64,000 nt of DNA from Ginglymostoma cirratum (lineage: Eukaryota). The notes beneath the pieces are model-generated. The model was given only the letters and a program-made list of their open reading frames with translations, searched no databases and was not told the DNA's origin. Position 1 is the stretch's first letter. Each line of letters starts with the position of its first letter. Shown here piece after piece: positions 49,956 through 62,900 of this stretch. Made by a program: the position numbers and the translations under genes. The DNA lies in NCBI GenBank assembly GCA_024137785.1, contig JAHRHZ010000079.1, positions 11,960,896 through 12,024,895 of the forward strand, read 5' to 3'.

Positions 49956-50482
49956 TCTGTAGATTGCAATACATCAGTTACAAGACACTTGACTCAGTCA
50001 CTGGAGACGTGAATATAACTAACTTTGTTCTGTAACCTTAAATGTCAGTCTCCTTAATGACACACACACATGTCCATAAGTTCAAGTTAAAAAAAATGTA
50101 CTAAGTCAGAAATATGGGCTCTTCAAACCTTTAGGCTTTTTCTGGTATTTAAATAGAACCGACCTGTATCCTAGCTTCCTGTAACAGCTTCGTTATGTAA
50201 TCTTAATTACCAAGGAAATCTATCAACCTTAGGTAATTAATAAATATCTTAGGGCAGAATTTATTGTGTTGTGCTGTGGTGAGATTGGAGTTGATGGGTG
50301 TTTGATCAGGGAGAAGGGTGATAATGGGAACTCCACTGCCTTCCTGCCCCTGCCCTGTCAGAATCTGAAGTGGTGACACGCTTGAACTGCTTTCCTGACA
50401 ATGCCAGTTGAGGCCCTTAAGTGGACAGTTAATGCACACATCTGGGCCATGATCTCAATGTAGTTGGTGGTCTTGCCAAAAA

Positions 50483-51862
50483 ACCAGAAGACCATGAGAT
50501 GTTGAAGTAGAAGTAGGCCATTCAGCCCATCTCCACTATTCAATGAGTTCATCGCTGATTTGATACTTACCCCTATCACCCTTGATTCCCTTACTGATTA
50601 AAATGGTGTCTGTCTCAGTCTTTAGTACCTTACTGACCCAACCTTGTCAGTCCTCTCAAATAAAGAATTCCACAGATTCACTACCCTCTGTGAAAAGAAA
50701 TTTCTCCTCATCTGTACCTTAAATATCTGATCCCTTATCTGAGATTGCACAAAATAAATTACCAAAGGACTGTGAATGCTGGAAATCAGAAACAAAATCT
50801 AAAATTGCTGGAAAATCTCAGCAAGTCTGAGATCTGTGGAGAGAAAGTAGAATTAACATTTCAGGTCCAGTGACCCTTCTTCAGAACTGTTCTTCTGAAC
50901 TGTCCATACCCGAGATCAGCCTAGCTAACTCTTTCTGAACTGCCTCCAATGCCTTTATATCTTTCCTTAGATAAGGGGGCCAAAACTGTTTACTGTATTC
51001 CAGCTATGGTCTGACTAGTGCCTTGTACTGTTTTTGGTAAAAGCTCCTTTTCTTTTCTACCCCACTCCCTTCAAAATAACATTCCATTTTCCTTCTTTAT
51101 TGCCTGTTGAACTTGAACACTAGCTTTTCATGACACATGAATAAGGATTCCCAAATCCCTGTGCTCCAAAGCATTCTCCATTAAATAATATTCAGCTCCC
51201 CATTCTTCCTATCAAAGTGCATAACTTTCCATTGTCCCACATTATATTCCATCTGCCACATTTTTGCCTACTCACTTAACCTACATACATTATCTCTGCA
51301 GACTCTTTATGCCATCCTCAACACTTGCCTTCACACCTATTTTTCGGTTACCCGCAAACTTGGTTATTGTACATTCACTTTTCTCATCCATGTCATTAAT
51401 ATATACGGTAAGTAAATGTGGCCCCACTCTGATTCCTTGTGGTACACCACTAGATGCAGGTTGCCAGCCTGAAAATGTCTCTTTATCCCAACTCTCTGTC
51501 TTCCATTAGTTAGCCAATCCTCAATTCATTCTCATATACTACCTCAAATCCGTGGGTTCTTATCTTATTAAGTAGTCTAATGTGTGGTAGGTTATCAAAC
51601 ACCTTCTGAAAATCCAAATATATTATATCCACGACTTCAACTTTATCTATCTGGCTTGTTACCTCCTCCAAGAATTCTAGCATATTTGACAGGGATGATT
51701 TCCCCTCTATGAAACCATGCTGACTCAGTTTAATCATATTATGTATTTCTGAATGCTCTGCCATCCTTTACAATAGACTGTAAGATTTTCCCAATAACAG
51801 ACATTAGGTTAATTAGCCTGTAGTTACCTTTTATTTTGTCTCCTTCCCTCTTTAAATAAAAG
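50483..51862 (-). mobile_element. CR1 LINE, 5'-truncated (RT domain to 3' tail), interrupted by a PLE fragment at ~50752-50890
   Basis: ORF 51510-51764 reads SQHGFIEGKSSLSNMLEFLEEVTSQIDKVEVVDIIYLDFQKVFDNLPHIRLLNKI. A GVPQG motif lies near 51440 and the tail at ~50490. Confidence 0.92.
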
Positions 51863-54800
51863 TACAGGAATCCTGAAAAGGAAATCTAGCCTGGGTTGCT
51901 TGTCCTCTCTTTGAGGCGCAGTGTCTGGTCAGACATTGGGAAGGGTGGGATCCACTGAGAGGCACCCCTTACCTTTGTCAAAACTAGCGCTTCTTCTAAT
52001 TCCTTCCTTCAATTGCTGGCCTGTGCCTGAGTCCCTGGGCTACAGTTGGGTGCATTACTGCCTCCATAAGGACACTGCCAAGAAATGAACAAATACCACC
52101 TTCTGATTTGCCGAGAGCATTCATTGACCATGATCCCACGGAAACCCCACTGCTATCTGATTGGCATTTAATGTGATGGGCCATCCTGAAAGGAAGTGAT
52201 GCATGACTTCTGCTGGTTCTCCAGCAAGGAGAACTGCCTGACTACACTAAATTCCATCCTGTGTGGACATTTCCAAAGCAGCTGGAGCATCTGCACACGA
52301 TAAAGATTGTACCATCTAACATTAACTGCCAAGCAGAACATCGGACTTGATAACAGCTTTTATCAGGCAAGATTACATATCAAAGTTTAATTTCTTAGAT
52401 ACAAATATTTTTGCACAGCTTAAATTTCAAAGCAATTTCTCATTGGAAGATATCAGAAAGCGAATTTTTCTTATAATTTGTTCAAACCTCTAGAATCATT
52501 GCACATTCTCATCTTTTGCTACTTACAGATGATTATTGGATTGAGATCAGCTAGCTCTGCCCTGATTAGATCCATACCTGTAATTTTCTAGTCTGTCTGG
52601 TTTGTGTGCTTACTGGAACAATGAACCAAATCACTGGAATGATGTTCCGTTTCCATCCTTGCTTACTAGTTTTCTGTAGGAAAAATAATATTGGCAGGAA
52701 AGCCAATTATCTTGAAATGTTTCTACATATCGATATTATTAAAGCTCATAATATGAAATGTTCCACTAATCTGCAGTTTCAGGCATGTAGTCTAGAAAAT
52801 TCAATCATTTCACTCAACAGGTTTCCAAAATCAATATGAAAAGCTTTACAATTCTGCAATTATAGGCCTATGAACCTAAACTGGAAAACTGGTTGTTCCA
52901 TGTTAAATAAGTTTGTTTAATTGTTGCAGAAGATATTATCAATCTTCAGCCTGTTTGATCCAACTAATCCATATTGATGATTGGCTTTGAAATGAGTCGC
53001 AATCCTAATATCAGTTGCTGATACAAAATAAAATCATGTGCTTGCCTTGATCTGACATCCAGATAAGATAACAAAACAGTAGGTAGTCTGTAGTAACAGT
53101 TTCAACGGGATCAATTTTCACTCCTGGCTTGGCATTATCTACCTTTTAATATTGGCAATAATACCTCAAAATTAAGGCAGTAGGTTTACCATTCTCTTCA
53201 CACCAGCGATGGTGCTGACTCAACTGTGGAAAGGAGCCTATTATATTGTTGTTCGAAGTACTTTGTCAATTCAGACAACAGGTTCCTTTGAAGTAGAATT
53301 TGAAGTCCTATGGGATCAAATGACCCTGGACTATGTTTTCAAAACATTAGGGTGAACTGATAGAGAGAAACTATATTTCTGTTGGTTAAGATGTTTAAGA
53401 CATAACACAAAACTTAGAGTCAGATCTTTCAGGAATAAAGTTAGAAAATAGAAAGGGTGGTTATAACTCTTTCTTATGCAAATGTTATTTCATACTCCAG
53501 GCCCTCCATAGAGGGACAGGGTTTTTTTTTTGGCCTTCTCACTGATCAGGAATGAGTGGGAGAAGTGAGCACATGGGTTTGTCAGGCTAGCAGGATCTCC
53601 CCAGAGTAAAATATGTAACCAACTGTGCTCATGGTTCTATAGGACCAATATGTAAATAAGGAGATGTTCCATATCTGTGGAGTCCACAACTCCTTTATCA
53701 TCCAATTAGTAGGTGGTCATGACCAGGAGATACCCCTCAATCAATGCCCTCCATATCCGAGTAGCAGCCATTCCCACCAGCTTTGAACCATTGCAAAGGA
53801 CAAGAAGCTGGCTGTTGGATTGCAAATGCTACTCACGAGTAATGTTCCTGCAATAACAGTTGTATTGTCTGGACCATTTGGGGTTACCTAGACAGCACTC
53901 ACTTGAATACAACTCGTTGTTAATTTGGTTTACTTGGTGCTGCCCAAGCTTGAGCACTGTTGAGAGGCTGCAGCTTATCACCAGGAATTTCAAGGTTATC
54001 TCAGGTGGAGGAAAAGGATGAGTAAGGGAGGAAGATCCCAAGATCCGTTTTGTCCAGAAAGGCTGAATATGAATCGATAGTCAGACTCCAGTTCCTCTGA
54101 GGTGCCATCGCCACATCAACATTGCTCCATAATTCCCCATCTATCACGTCATAGTGCCCTCAGCCCAAAACCAACAGAATTGTTTCATGATAACTCTTTC
54201 CAAAACCACTTCCAAAACACATTGAAAATTGGACTCTTCATGATAATTCCTTTTGTGCCTGACTTGTGGGCACCAATGCTAGTGCCCCTGTACAGTGCTA
54301 CCTCAGTAACAGGAGAGCTGGTTGATGGAAAGCTGCTGATTTTCAATGGGGGAAACTGCAGATGGCCTAAAGAATGACATTACATTAAGCAGCTGTGTCC
54401 GTGAAAACTCAGCTTTGGACAGCACCACCTTTGACTGGCACAGCAACTATTTGGCCAAGCCAGCTGAAAGACTTTGGTGTCAAAGGCAGTGCTGGGAGCA
54501 GAAATGGCTTCATCCTGAGAGCAGACAGCAGCTTTCGAATCATGGAGACACTGGCAGTGGGACAGTGCCTCAGCAATCTGTGTAATCTGAGAGAGGGCAG
54601 AGATTCTGCGTGCCCTTCTGAGCACTTATATCCACAGCCATGATATGGCAGGAGTTTGAGCCTGCATGGCCACACACACGTGGCTTGTGTAGCATCATGC
54701 TTGGATCACATGATTTCAGTCTGGGACATTAGCTGGTTCCTGCTTGTGTTGCAATGGAAGCTGAGAAAGCGGCCAGCAAACTTACATCATGAATGGGTTG

Positions 54801-55439
54801 GTAAGTGCTGTCATTTCAACACCCAAACAGTTGGGCTGCAAGCTCTTGCATTGTCAACGTAAACCATTCTGCTAAGTCAGAGCTGGATTCCCCAATGCTC
54901 CTTGTGACTGACAAGGATGCTTCATGACAAACCTTGTGCTGTGCAAGCCCATCATTGTTTTTTTTCTCTATGTCACCCCATTGGAATTCTCATCAGCGCA
55001 CTCCGCAGCAGAACTCATCTTCACCTTGTCCTCCTAAGAGCAGGCAAATGAACGATCCTTTGCCCCGACCTGTCTGCAGTCCACCTGTGTGTAGTGACTC
55101 ACCATGTCCTAATGCAGATTATACTCCTCTCTCAAGACCATGCAGTGCCAGTATGTGAGCTGGTGGCTGTCAGTGTCTCATCAAGCACTGGTATTTTCTC
55201 ATCAGAAGTTTGAGGTGCTGTGTTGGCCACACTATTTTAAACCATAAACAAAGCAGGAAAGAGTTTGGTTGAGGGAAGTACAAGGGGAAGGATTGGGGAG
55301 GCTGCAGTAGAAATCAAAATGTATGAGGTCACACTAAATGCAGCTTGTGTTTTATGCACATTATCTCAATGAGATTACAGGGAAATGAGAAGGGTCATTA
55401 AGCAGGAAAACAACTATCTCTATCATTCTGGATGTTCTT

Positions 55440-55600
55440 GGTGATGCTGAATTCCAGTGTCTCAGTCACAGTCAGTCCATGAGGAGGAATATTGGCTCCT
55501 GCTGTAAAATCAGTTGATGCAGGTTTGCCTGTCCCTCGACGAGTCTCTGCTCCCTGTGCAATTTTGGACTACCTTGACTTGCAAGAGATGTGGGGGAAAG
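55440..55600 (-). mobile_element. PIF/Harbinger Myb/SANT-like gene remnant (post-domain motif)
   Basis: HREQRLVEGQANLHQLILQQE resembles the RER..TGGG.A.L..LT..EE motif that follows the Myb/SANT domain. The adjacent GC-richer 54.3-55.2 kb may belong to the same element. Confidence 0.4.
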
Positions 55601-57947
55601 CAACTGTGTGAGTATTGCAATGTGTTTGTGTGATGTGTCTGCCTGTAGTGACCAGACCCTTGGGAACAGGCTCCCCAGTTCCAGAATTGTCATCCCAAGT
55701 TGCAAATGAACTGGATCTCCTTTATTCCCATACCTCGTCAGTTGGTTGCAACAAGGTTAATTTAGAAATGATCCCTTTCCTTGTTGATAACTTTCTTCTG
55801 GACTCAAATGGAATTGTTTTCAAAGGAGCAAATTTAGTCTAGCTATTTTGAACGAACTAAAAGTGTGAGTTTATTACTTACTAAACATGAGAAGAATTAG
55901 CAATTCAACACATATACAAACAGATGAGAAATAAGAGGCAAGACCAAAAAGGTAACATTTGAAAAAATATACAGATTGGTCTCAGAATTGTTTGCAAAGA
56001 GTGGTTAATTGAATGTTGTGGCCATTTCTATGGAGGTTACTGGTAGTCATGAAACTGATAATTAAACAGTCATTTTTTGAGATTCTTGGTTTTGTAGGCT
56101 GATTGAAGTTCCTTTGTCCCAATTCCTTTTTCAAATCTGGATTGCAGCACTGCCAGTGAGAGACTCTGTTTTACCTGTAGCACAGGGGTAACGTAGCATT
56201 AGTTCTTTGACTGTGACCTCCATAAAATGCTCCAACACAAGAGCATTCAGTACTTCTAATTTACTGCAGCAGAGTGGAAACTGGCTATCCTTGTGTATTT
56301 TTCAAAGGGAAGAGCGTCTGCAGTTTGGATATAATCTACAGGGGATGGCTTGCAGTTGAGCAAATGATCATCAAGTCATGATTCTATACAGAATTATTGT
56401 CAGCTAACATCAGAATTTAACTCTGTTGTTAGCTTATGTCAGTAGCAGCCCACCTTTAAAAAGCATATTTTGGAGTTAAGTGCTAAAAATATCCACAGTA
56501 CTTTGGGGTTCTGACCCATAGACATGACAGTGCGATAGCTGAATAGCTAGATTTGCGTAAACTGTAGGAGAAGGAATGACATTAATAGCATTGGTCGATG
56601 CATGAGAGTGTGTCTGAATGTTAGACTTGAAGCCTGATTGCTGATAGATGAGCTGTGTGGGTAGTTACCAGTACTGTGGGTAAGAGATATCATTTAAAAC
56701 TGCATTCACTGACCATGACCACTCATATGAGGTTGTTGAACTTTTTTGACATTGAAGCCAGGTCCTCAGGGCCAGAACCCAGGAACTGACTGCCTTGACC
56801 ACCTGCTCCCACTTTCTTCTTAGTGAAATTGAGAGGTCCAGTGCCCCCAGTGAAACACAACAACACTCACCCTTTCCACTGACTAACATGTCCAATACCA
56901 GTCCAGGAACTTGAGAATCTTCTATATGGCTAATTGCTCCATTTTCTGTCCTATGCCTTCCATCCAAGGCTTTGTGGACTGTCATAGCAGTTAATGAGCA
57001 GAGAACATGAAGTTTGTGTGTTGTCTGTCCCAATGAGGTGAGAAGTGGGCTAATCACCAAAACCATCTCAATTTCTGAAAACAAGCCATATCCAAATTTT
57101 CTCCTTATCAGACTGACCAATTTAGAGAATGAAATCACTCCATGTTCAGTAGATCTGTAAAAACAACTGCAAAGTTTTATGAATCAGAGTCCACAAGGAT
57201 AGAATCAGTTCAGGAAAATCCATCATTTCACACCTTACAGATCTATTTAGTGAACTTGTAAAAATTCTTACTCCACGTTCAGTAGGTACAAATCTAAACA
57301 CTCTATCATTTAAAAGTTGGGCAAATCCCGTGACTTTGTCTTCTGTTGGCACTGTACAAACAAAATGGAATAACTCAGTTACTGTTCCACAGATCTTCAC
57401 AATTAGTCTAGAAAATCCCAACTATTCTGTTTGTGGAGCGATGGGTCATTTAGCTGATTTTGAGAACTGTAGATGGGGATTAGGCTCCTGCTTCTTAATG
57501 TGATGACAACACGACAGATTTTGAAACTGCGTGAATATACTACGTAATGAAATAATGTTGAAAGAAAGTGGTGGTAATCTGGGATTGCTGCTAAGGAACC
57601 TTTGCATAATTTTCCCGGTTCACATCTTTTATCTGGTTACTACTACTTTACAGTTTCAATTTAGATGGGGCAATGCTCAAGTTATATTAGTAATAGCATG
57701 TATTTTAGTTGCATTGTGATGGAATTTTTTTGAACCACTTTCAATTGCATCTTGGGCTTGCAAGTTTCTTTTGCAGTAAGAAACTTTTGATTCCTAAAAG
57801 TAGCATATGACCAGTAATCAAGAAAACTCAAGAGGTTCAGTAAGGTACAAAGACATATACAAGTGGCAGCCACATACATCACTTTTCATGGAATTATATC
57901 GGACACTATTAATGTGTATTTTAAAGAAGTATCTTTGAACAGAAATA

Positions 57948-58520
57948 ATATCAGAGACATGTCCATCCTGGGCCTCCTGCAATGCCACAGTGATGCCACC
58001 CGAAGGCTGCAGGAACAGCAAATCATATTCAGCCTGGGAACCCTGCAGCCCAATGGCATCAATGTGGATTTCACAGGCTTCAAAATCTCCCCTCCCCCAA
58101 CCGCATCCCAAAACCAGCCCAGCTCATCTCCACCTCCCTAACCTGTCCTTCCTCTCACCTATCCCTTCCTCCCACCTCAAGCCCCACCCCCATCTCCTAT
58201 CTACTAACCTCATCCTGCCCCCTTGACCTGTCCGTCCTCCCTGGACTGACCTATCTCCTCCCTACCCACCCCCCCCCCCCCCCCACCTACACTCACCTTT
58301 ACTGGCTCCATCCCCGCCTCTTCGACCTGTCTGCCTCCTCTCCACCTATCCTCTCCTCTATCCATCTTCTATCAGCCTCACCCTCTCTCCCTATTTATTT
58401 CAGAATCCCCTTCCCCTCCCCCATTTCTGATGAAGGGTCCAGGCCCAAAACGTCAAGCTTTCCTGCTCCTACGATGCTGCTTGGCCTGCTGTGTTCATCC
58501 AGCTCCACACCTTGTTATCT
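57948..58520 (+). mobile_element. Penelope-like element 3' end with GIY-YIG C-terminus, C-rich UTR and TSD
   Basis: DMSILGLLQCHSDATRRLQEQQIIFSLGTLQPNGINVDF. Terminal ctgatgaagggtccaggcccaaaacgtc (core G mutated). Direct repeat tatctttgaacagaaata at 57930-57947 and 58516-58533. Confidence 0.9.
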
Positions 58521-61500
58521 TTGAACAGAAATATTTCTCTTTGATCAATCACTTCAATATTCCAATATGAAAGAAAACACACCTTTATAGAAAAAATATT
58601 TAAGCCTGGAACTGCACCGAAAGGTGCAGGCAGTTACCTACTGCTCTGTTGTTGCTGCTGGTGTGATAGCAATGTTACTTGGGGCATACCGCAATGCTCT
58701 GAGATCAAGTAGCCCCTGAAGTCAGGTGGTTAGCCCATTTAGAAAGGGAATCAAGGTCTTAGAACATGAGTAGGAGATTGCTTGCTGTTTTGAACTGAAC
58801 TGGCCAGCATTTTGCATGTTCTGATAAGTATATAGTGGTTAGGCAAAAAGCGACAGCAAAGATAACCCAGCCTGTGCCACTCCAGCTCTTTCCAGCCCTG
58901 CAGATTGGCAGACTTCCAAAAGCACACCATCTTCCAGCCTGGAGGTAAGCAGCCCTGACTGCCCTGAGGTACCTAGTTACAGGCTGAAACCCATTGGCCA
59001 GGCACAAATGTCAATATGATCTCTCCTCCTGGCAGGGGTACTGGACAGTCAGCCAGTGCATTCTGGCTAGTACTCTGGAGAAACATCATTGCAATATATC
59101 TATATTAGAAATGTGCATACACCATAGACTGACACTGTTATAGCAGTTTATAATGGGTTAATCATACTACAATTTGTGAAATTAGAATTAAGGTAGCGTT
59201 CTCAGAGAGGAATATCCCAGCCTAATAATACATCAACAAATTTCACATTAAAAGTTTCTCATGCCTTGGTTTTATCGGTGAAAAATCCATGTCAAATTGA
59301 TAGTCACAACTGCCCTTACAGTTAAGAGAACTACTTTGCAATACCTGATGTCTGTGTTCACTTTTCAACATTTTTTGATTACACAGGTTCTTAAACACAG
59401 CTTAACTGCTTCACATAAAGGATCACTTTATCTAATGAGAATTGTGCAGGAATTAAAAAAAAAATTATCCAAGTGCATACGACCAGTACAGGAGAATTTT
59501 ACAACATGATTAATTTTGACGATTATTGCCCATTCTGTGCCAGATTTTTCTAAAATTTGCCTAATATGGGTATATCGACCGGTTGACACCAAAAGAACAA
59601 GAAAGCATCTCAACAGCACTTAATTATTGGCTTTAACAGTCAATCTTTGGGGACTGTTAGTGCAAAAATGAAGGCAGATGCTTATTATTCATCCAGTACA
59701 TATTTTAGCAACAAGGGAGAGCAGTTCCTCTTGTTAGAAACCATCACACCTATCTCGTGTTTGTAGTGGCTGTCAAAAAAAAGAACATCTCTAACAAGAT
59801 TTGAACCCTTGACCCTGTGCTAAACTGGGATATTCATGTATGAAAAAAAATGCATTAATATTCTAACTTTCTTGCTCTCAGAATTGTGATATGAAGATGA
59901 CTAAATCCATTATATAAAGTATGCAGTTTTCTAGTACTGCATATACTTTAGCATGTGAAAGCATATAATTCCCTGTATACTTTGTGTGATCACATTAATT
60001 TTGCTACCATTTACTAAAATGTCATAAGGAAGGCTGGCCAGTGATTTGCTCCTTCTCAAATCATTTACAAAGACCGGCAATATGGTTGATTTCAGATAGT
60101 TCTCAAAATTCTGAGCTTTCCTTTTCTGATTATTCAGTCATGTCTGCACCACATTGGGTTTGAAGAAAATTTAAGTCTGTGCGCATTGGTTTTGCAAGAA
60201 AGGATGAAGGGAATGAAAAGACTGCATGAGTTGAGTTACTGTTCAGTCACATCCCAAGTCTGCACAAATTGTGAATTGCATCTAATCAGTTGAGAGAATT
60301 GAAGCTGAATTAGGGCAAGTATGTCCATGAGGACTTAGGTTCCCAGTGGATGGTTTTGCAATAATTAGTACAGGCTAGCAGTAGGGCTTTGAATGGATTG
60401 AATACCTATCAACATTTTTGGCCTTGATTTGTAATGTATTGTTAAAGTATACAGTTTCAGCAAAGTTACTGTTATCATCACATTAAGTGTAAGAGAATGT
60501 CTTATATAGTTGTAACATTATTGTAATGAGAAAAGTGGAGTTCAGTGTAAAAGAGTTGACAGGTTATAGAAATGTGTAATAGAAGAGTAGAGACAGGGCA
60601 GAAAGAAACAGACTAGAGAGACATTGGAGATAGAGATTGAAAACGAGAGATTGAGAGGGTGGAACATGACTTTAAATTGAGGTGACCCTTCTGTGCTATG
60701 CCAAGGGCTAAGTGTACCCCTTATACTGACTAAATTTAGTGGAGAGGGAAGCAAAAATAATCAACGAAAGGACAATAAACTACAAGCTCCCTAACTGGCT
60801 TGCTACAAGAGGGAAAGAGGGAAATGAACATATGAACATAGCTAGTGAGTGACTGCCTCATAGGGAGGATGCCAGGCAGTAGAGAGATGATGAAGTGTGC
60901 TTGGCTGGTCAGCGAGTTAATGGTTTATGAGGCTGCTTGTAAACTGCGCATGTATTAGCCAGGGAATGCCTTTGTGTGCATTATTAAACAGCATAAATCA
61001 GTTTCCACAGGTCCACTGCTGCATAGACTTAATTACTTCAGCTTCTCTGCAATATTCTTGAAAAGCTGTTTTCACAGAACAATTCAAAATTATTTTATCT
61101 GCATTTTCTTATGAACAATAAGAATCAGAAGCAGCAATGGCTCTGATATTTTACTATTGATTAATCTTAGCTGATATGCTGTTACTGAGGCTTAATGTTG
61201 TGATGCACTTATGGCATTATTCTGTTAGATCTCTCACCCAGCTCCTGCTGTGGAAATTATGTTGTATACATGAGAAAATGAAAGGAAAGCTTTGTGTTTA
61301 TTAGTGGTCTGAACCCACATCAGAAAACCTTTTGACAGATGGCAAAATGCATGCAGTGCTATTTCTGAGGAGCTAAAGGGAGGAAATTACATGGTCAAAA
61401 GTGAAATCCAAAATTTTATTTCACAAAACTGAAGTACAATTCAAAAGTGTGTAACTTACTTCATAAATCAAATCAACTTTTGGATTTCAGGAACTGTTAT

Positions 61501-62647
61501 GATCCCAATTTCTTGCTGCTGCTCTTTTGATTTCTGTGAAGGGTTTTTGAAAATTGGTCCAAGTGGCAGGCACATTAATATTTAAATGAGACAAAGTGGC
61601 CCAAGAATGTACATCTACATCATACCGGCCATCACTTAGAAAATGGTAAGCTCTTTCCAAGTTTTGGACTCCCTGTCACATATCAAAATAAAATCTTCAA
61701 ACATTTGTCTATGAGCTCCCCCAGTGCTCTGTAAGTTTATGTGCTGAGCAGTGAGCTGGTTCCACTCCTAATTCTACACTGTTATAAAATTTCATACAGA
61801 ATGGGAGTGAAAGCATTGCAATTGGCCTCAGTGCCTTAGGGTAAGGAGGATTAGCAGCACTGGAGAATGCAGGCAGAGTGATGTAGTGCATTGGCATACT
61901 GCTATATGATCCATGGGGTTCAGAATTCAAACAAGATTGATGCAATGAAAGTATTCGTCACTGCAGGCTATAAAAGGCCCCGTGTAAAATGCATTTGGAC
62001 CATCAGAGTTACTTTGGGAGTGGCTGATATGGAAACTGGAAAATGAAAACCAGTACAATAAGCTAGAACAGATAAGAATAGCAGAACTCTCAATTGCAAA
62101 CATTGATCATCAGAAACAGGAAGGAATTCCATTGTCCAAACCAGTGATTCTTCAAAATAGAAGATTTATGTCATAAAGACTGAAATTATCAGAGATGTGC
62201 TTTTTCGTCTGAGTTATGTAGAACTATCTTTCAATTGCTACATTTTCACCACTGGAATTACAAGAGCTGATCACATCACTTTTAAATTAATACAAAATGT
62301 TCTCATTTAAACTAGGATTAATTATTCTTAGGCTTCTCTAATTCTGCTTTTATGATATTCAGTGCATAACATTTTCAATGTGGTGTGTATTTGGAAAGCT
62401 GCGAAGGACATTTTATATTCAATGAATTCAGAATGCATTACAACTCTATTTGAATGAAAAGAAGTGCACGTGCAAGTTTTTCAAATTAACACCACTTAAA
62501 ATGGGGGAAAGATAAATAATTACAAATTAATATATGGGAAACATTTAATGACTAGTATTTAATCCACACAAATCAGAATTTATGATCAACTTATGTCACA
62601 CATTATTTAATGTAGTTCATGTCTGGTCAAATTAACCCTTTAAGATG

Positions 62648-62900
62648 AATATAAGAAATACCATACTGGTGCCTTTTGGGCTGACTGAGCAATTCAATAT
62701 GATCATGACTTACCTACAACCTCAATTCTATCTTTCTGCACCAGCCACATATGCTTTATATTCCCTTCAAATCCATAACAAAATCGATCAGGTCTCTGTC
62801 TTGAAGAGAGCATCCACCATTCTCTGGGATGAAGAACTTCAAGAGTCCTCAATTGTTTGAGTAAAGAAACTTTTTCACATGTCATTCTGAAATGATTCCA
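62648..62900 (-). mobile_element. Old CR1 3' end
   Basis: caattcaatatgatcatgacttacctacaacctcaa...catccaccattctctgggatgaagaacttcaagag. Confidence 0.7.

Noticed and set aside
58085-58425. Long C-rich pyrimidine tract
   Set aside because: It is the internal 3' UTR of the Penelope copy, not an independent feature.
1061-58520. Recurrent peptide QKQKLLExLSRSG / LMKGLGPKRQ in several ORFs, and dispersed ~100-bp repeats suggestive of an array
   Set aside because: These are translations of the non-coding PLE terminal repeat. The copies are dispersed with irregular spacing, so they are neither CRISPR nor a gene family.
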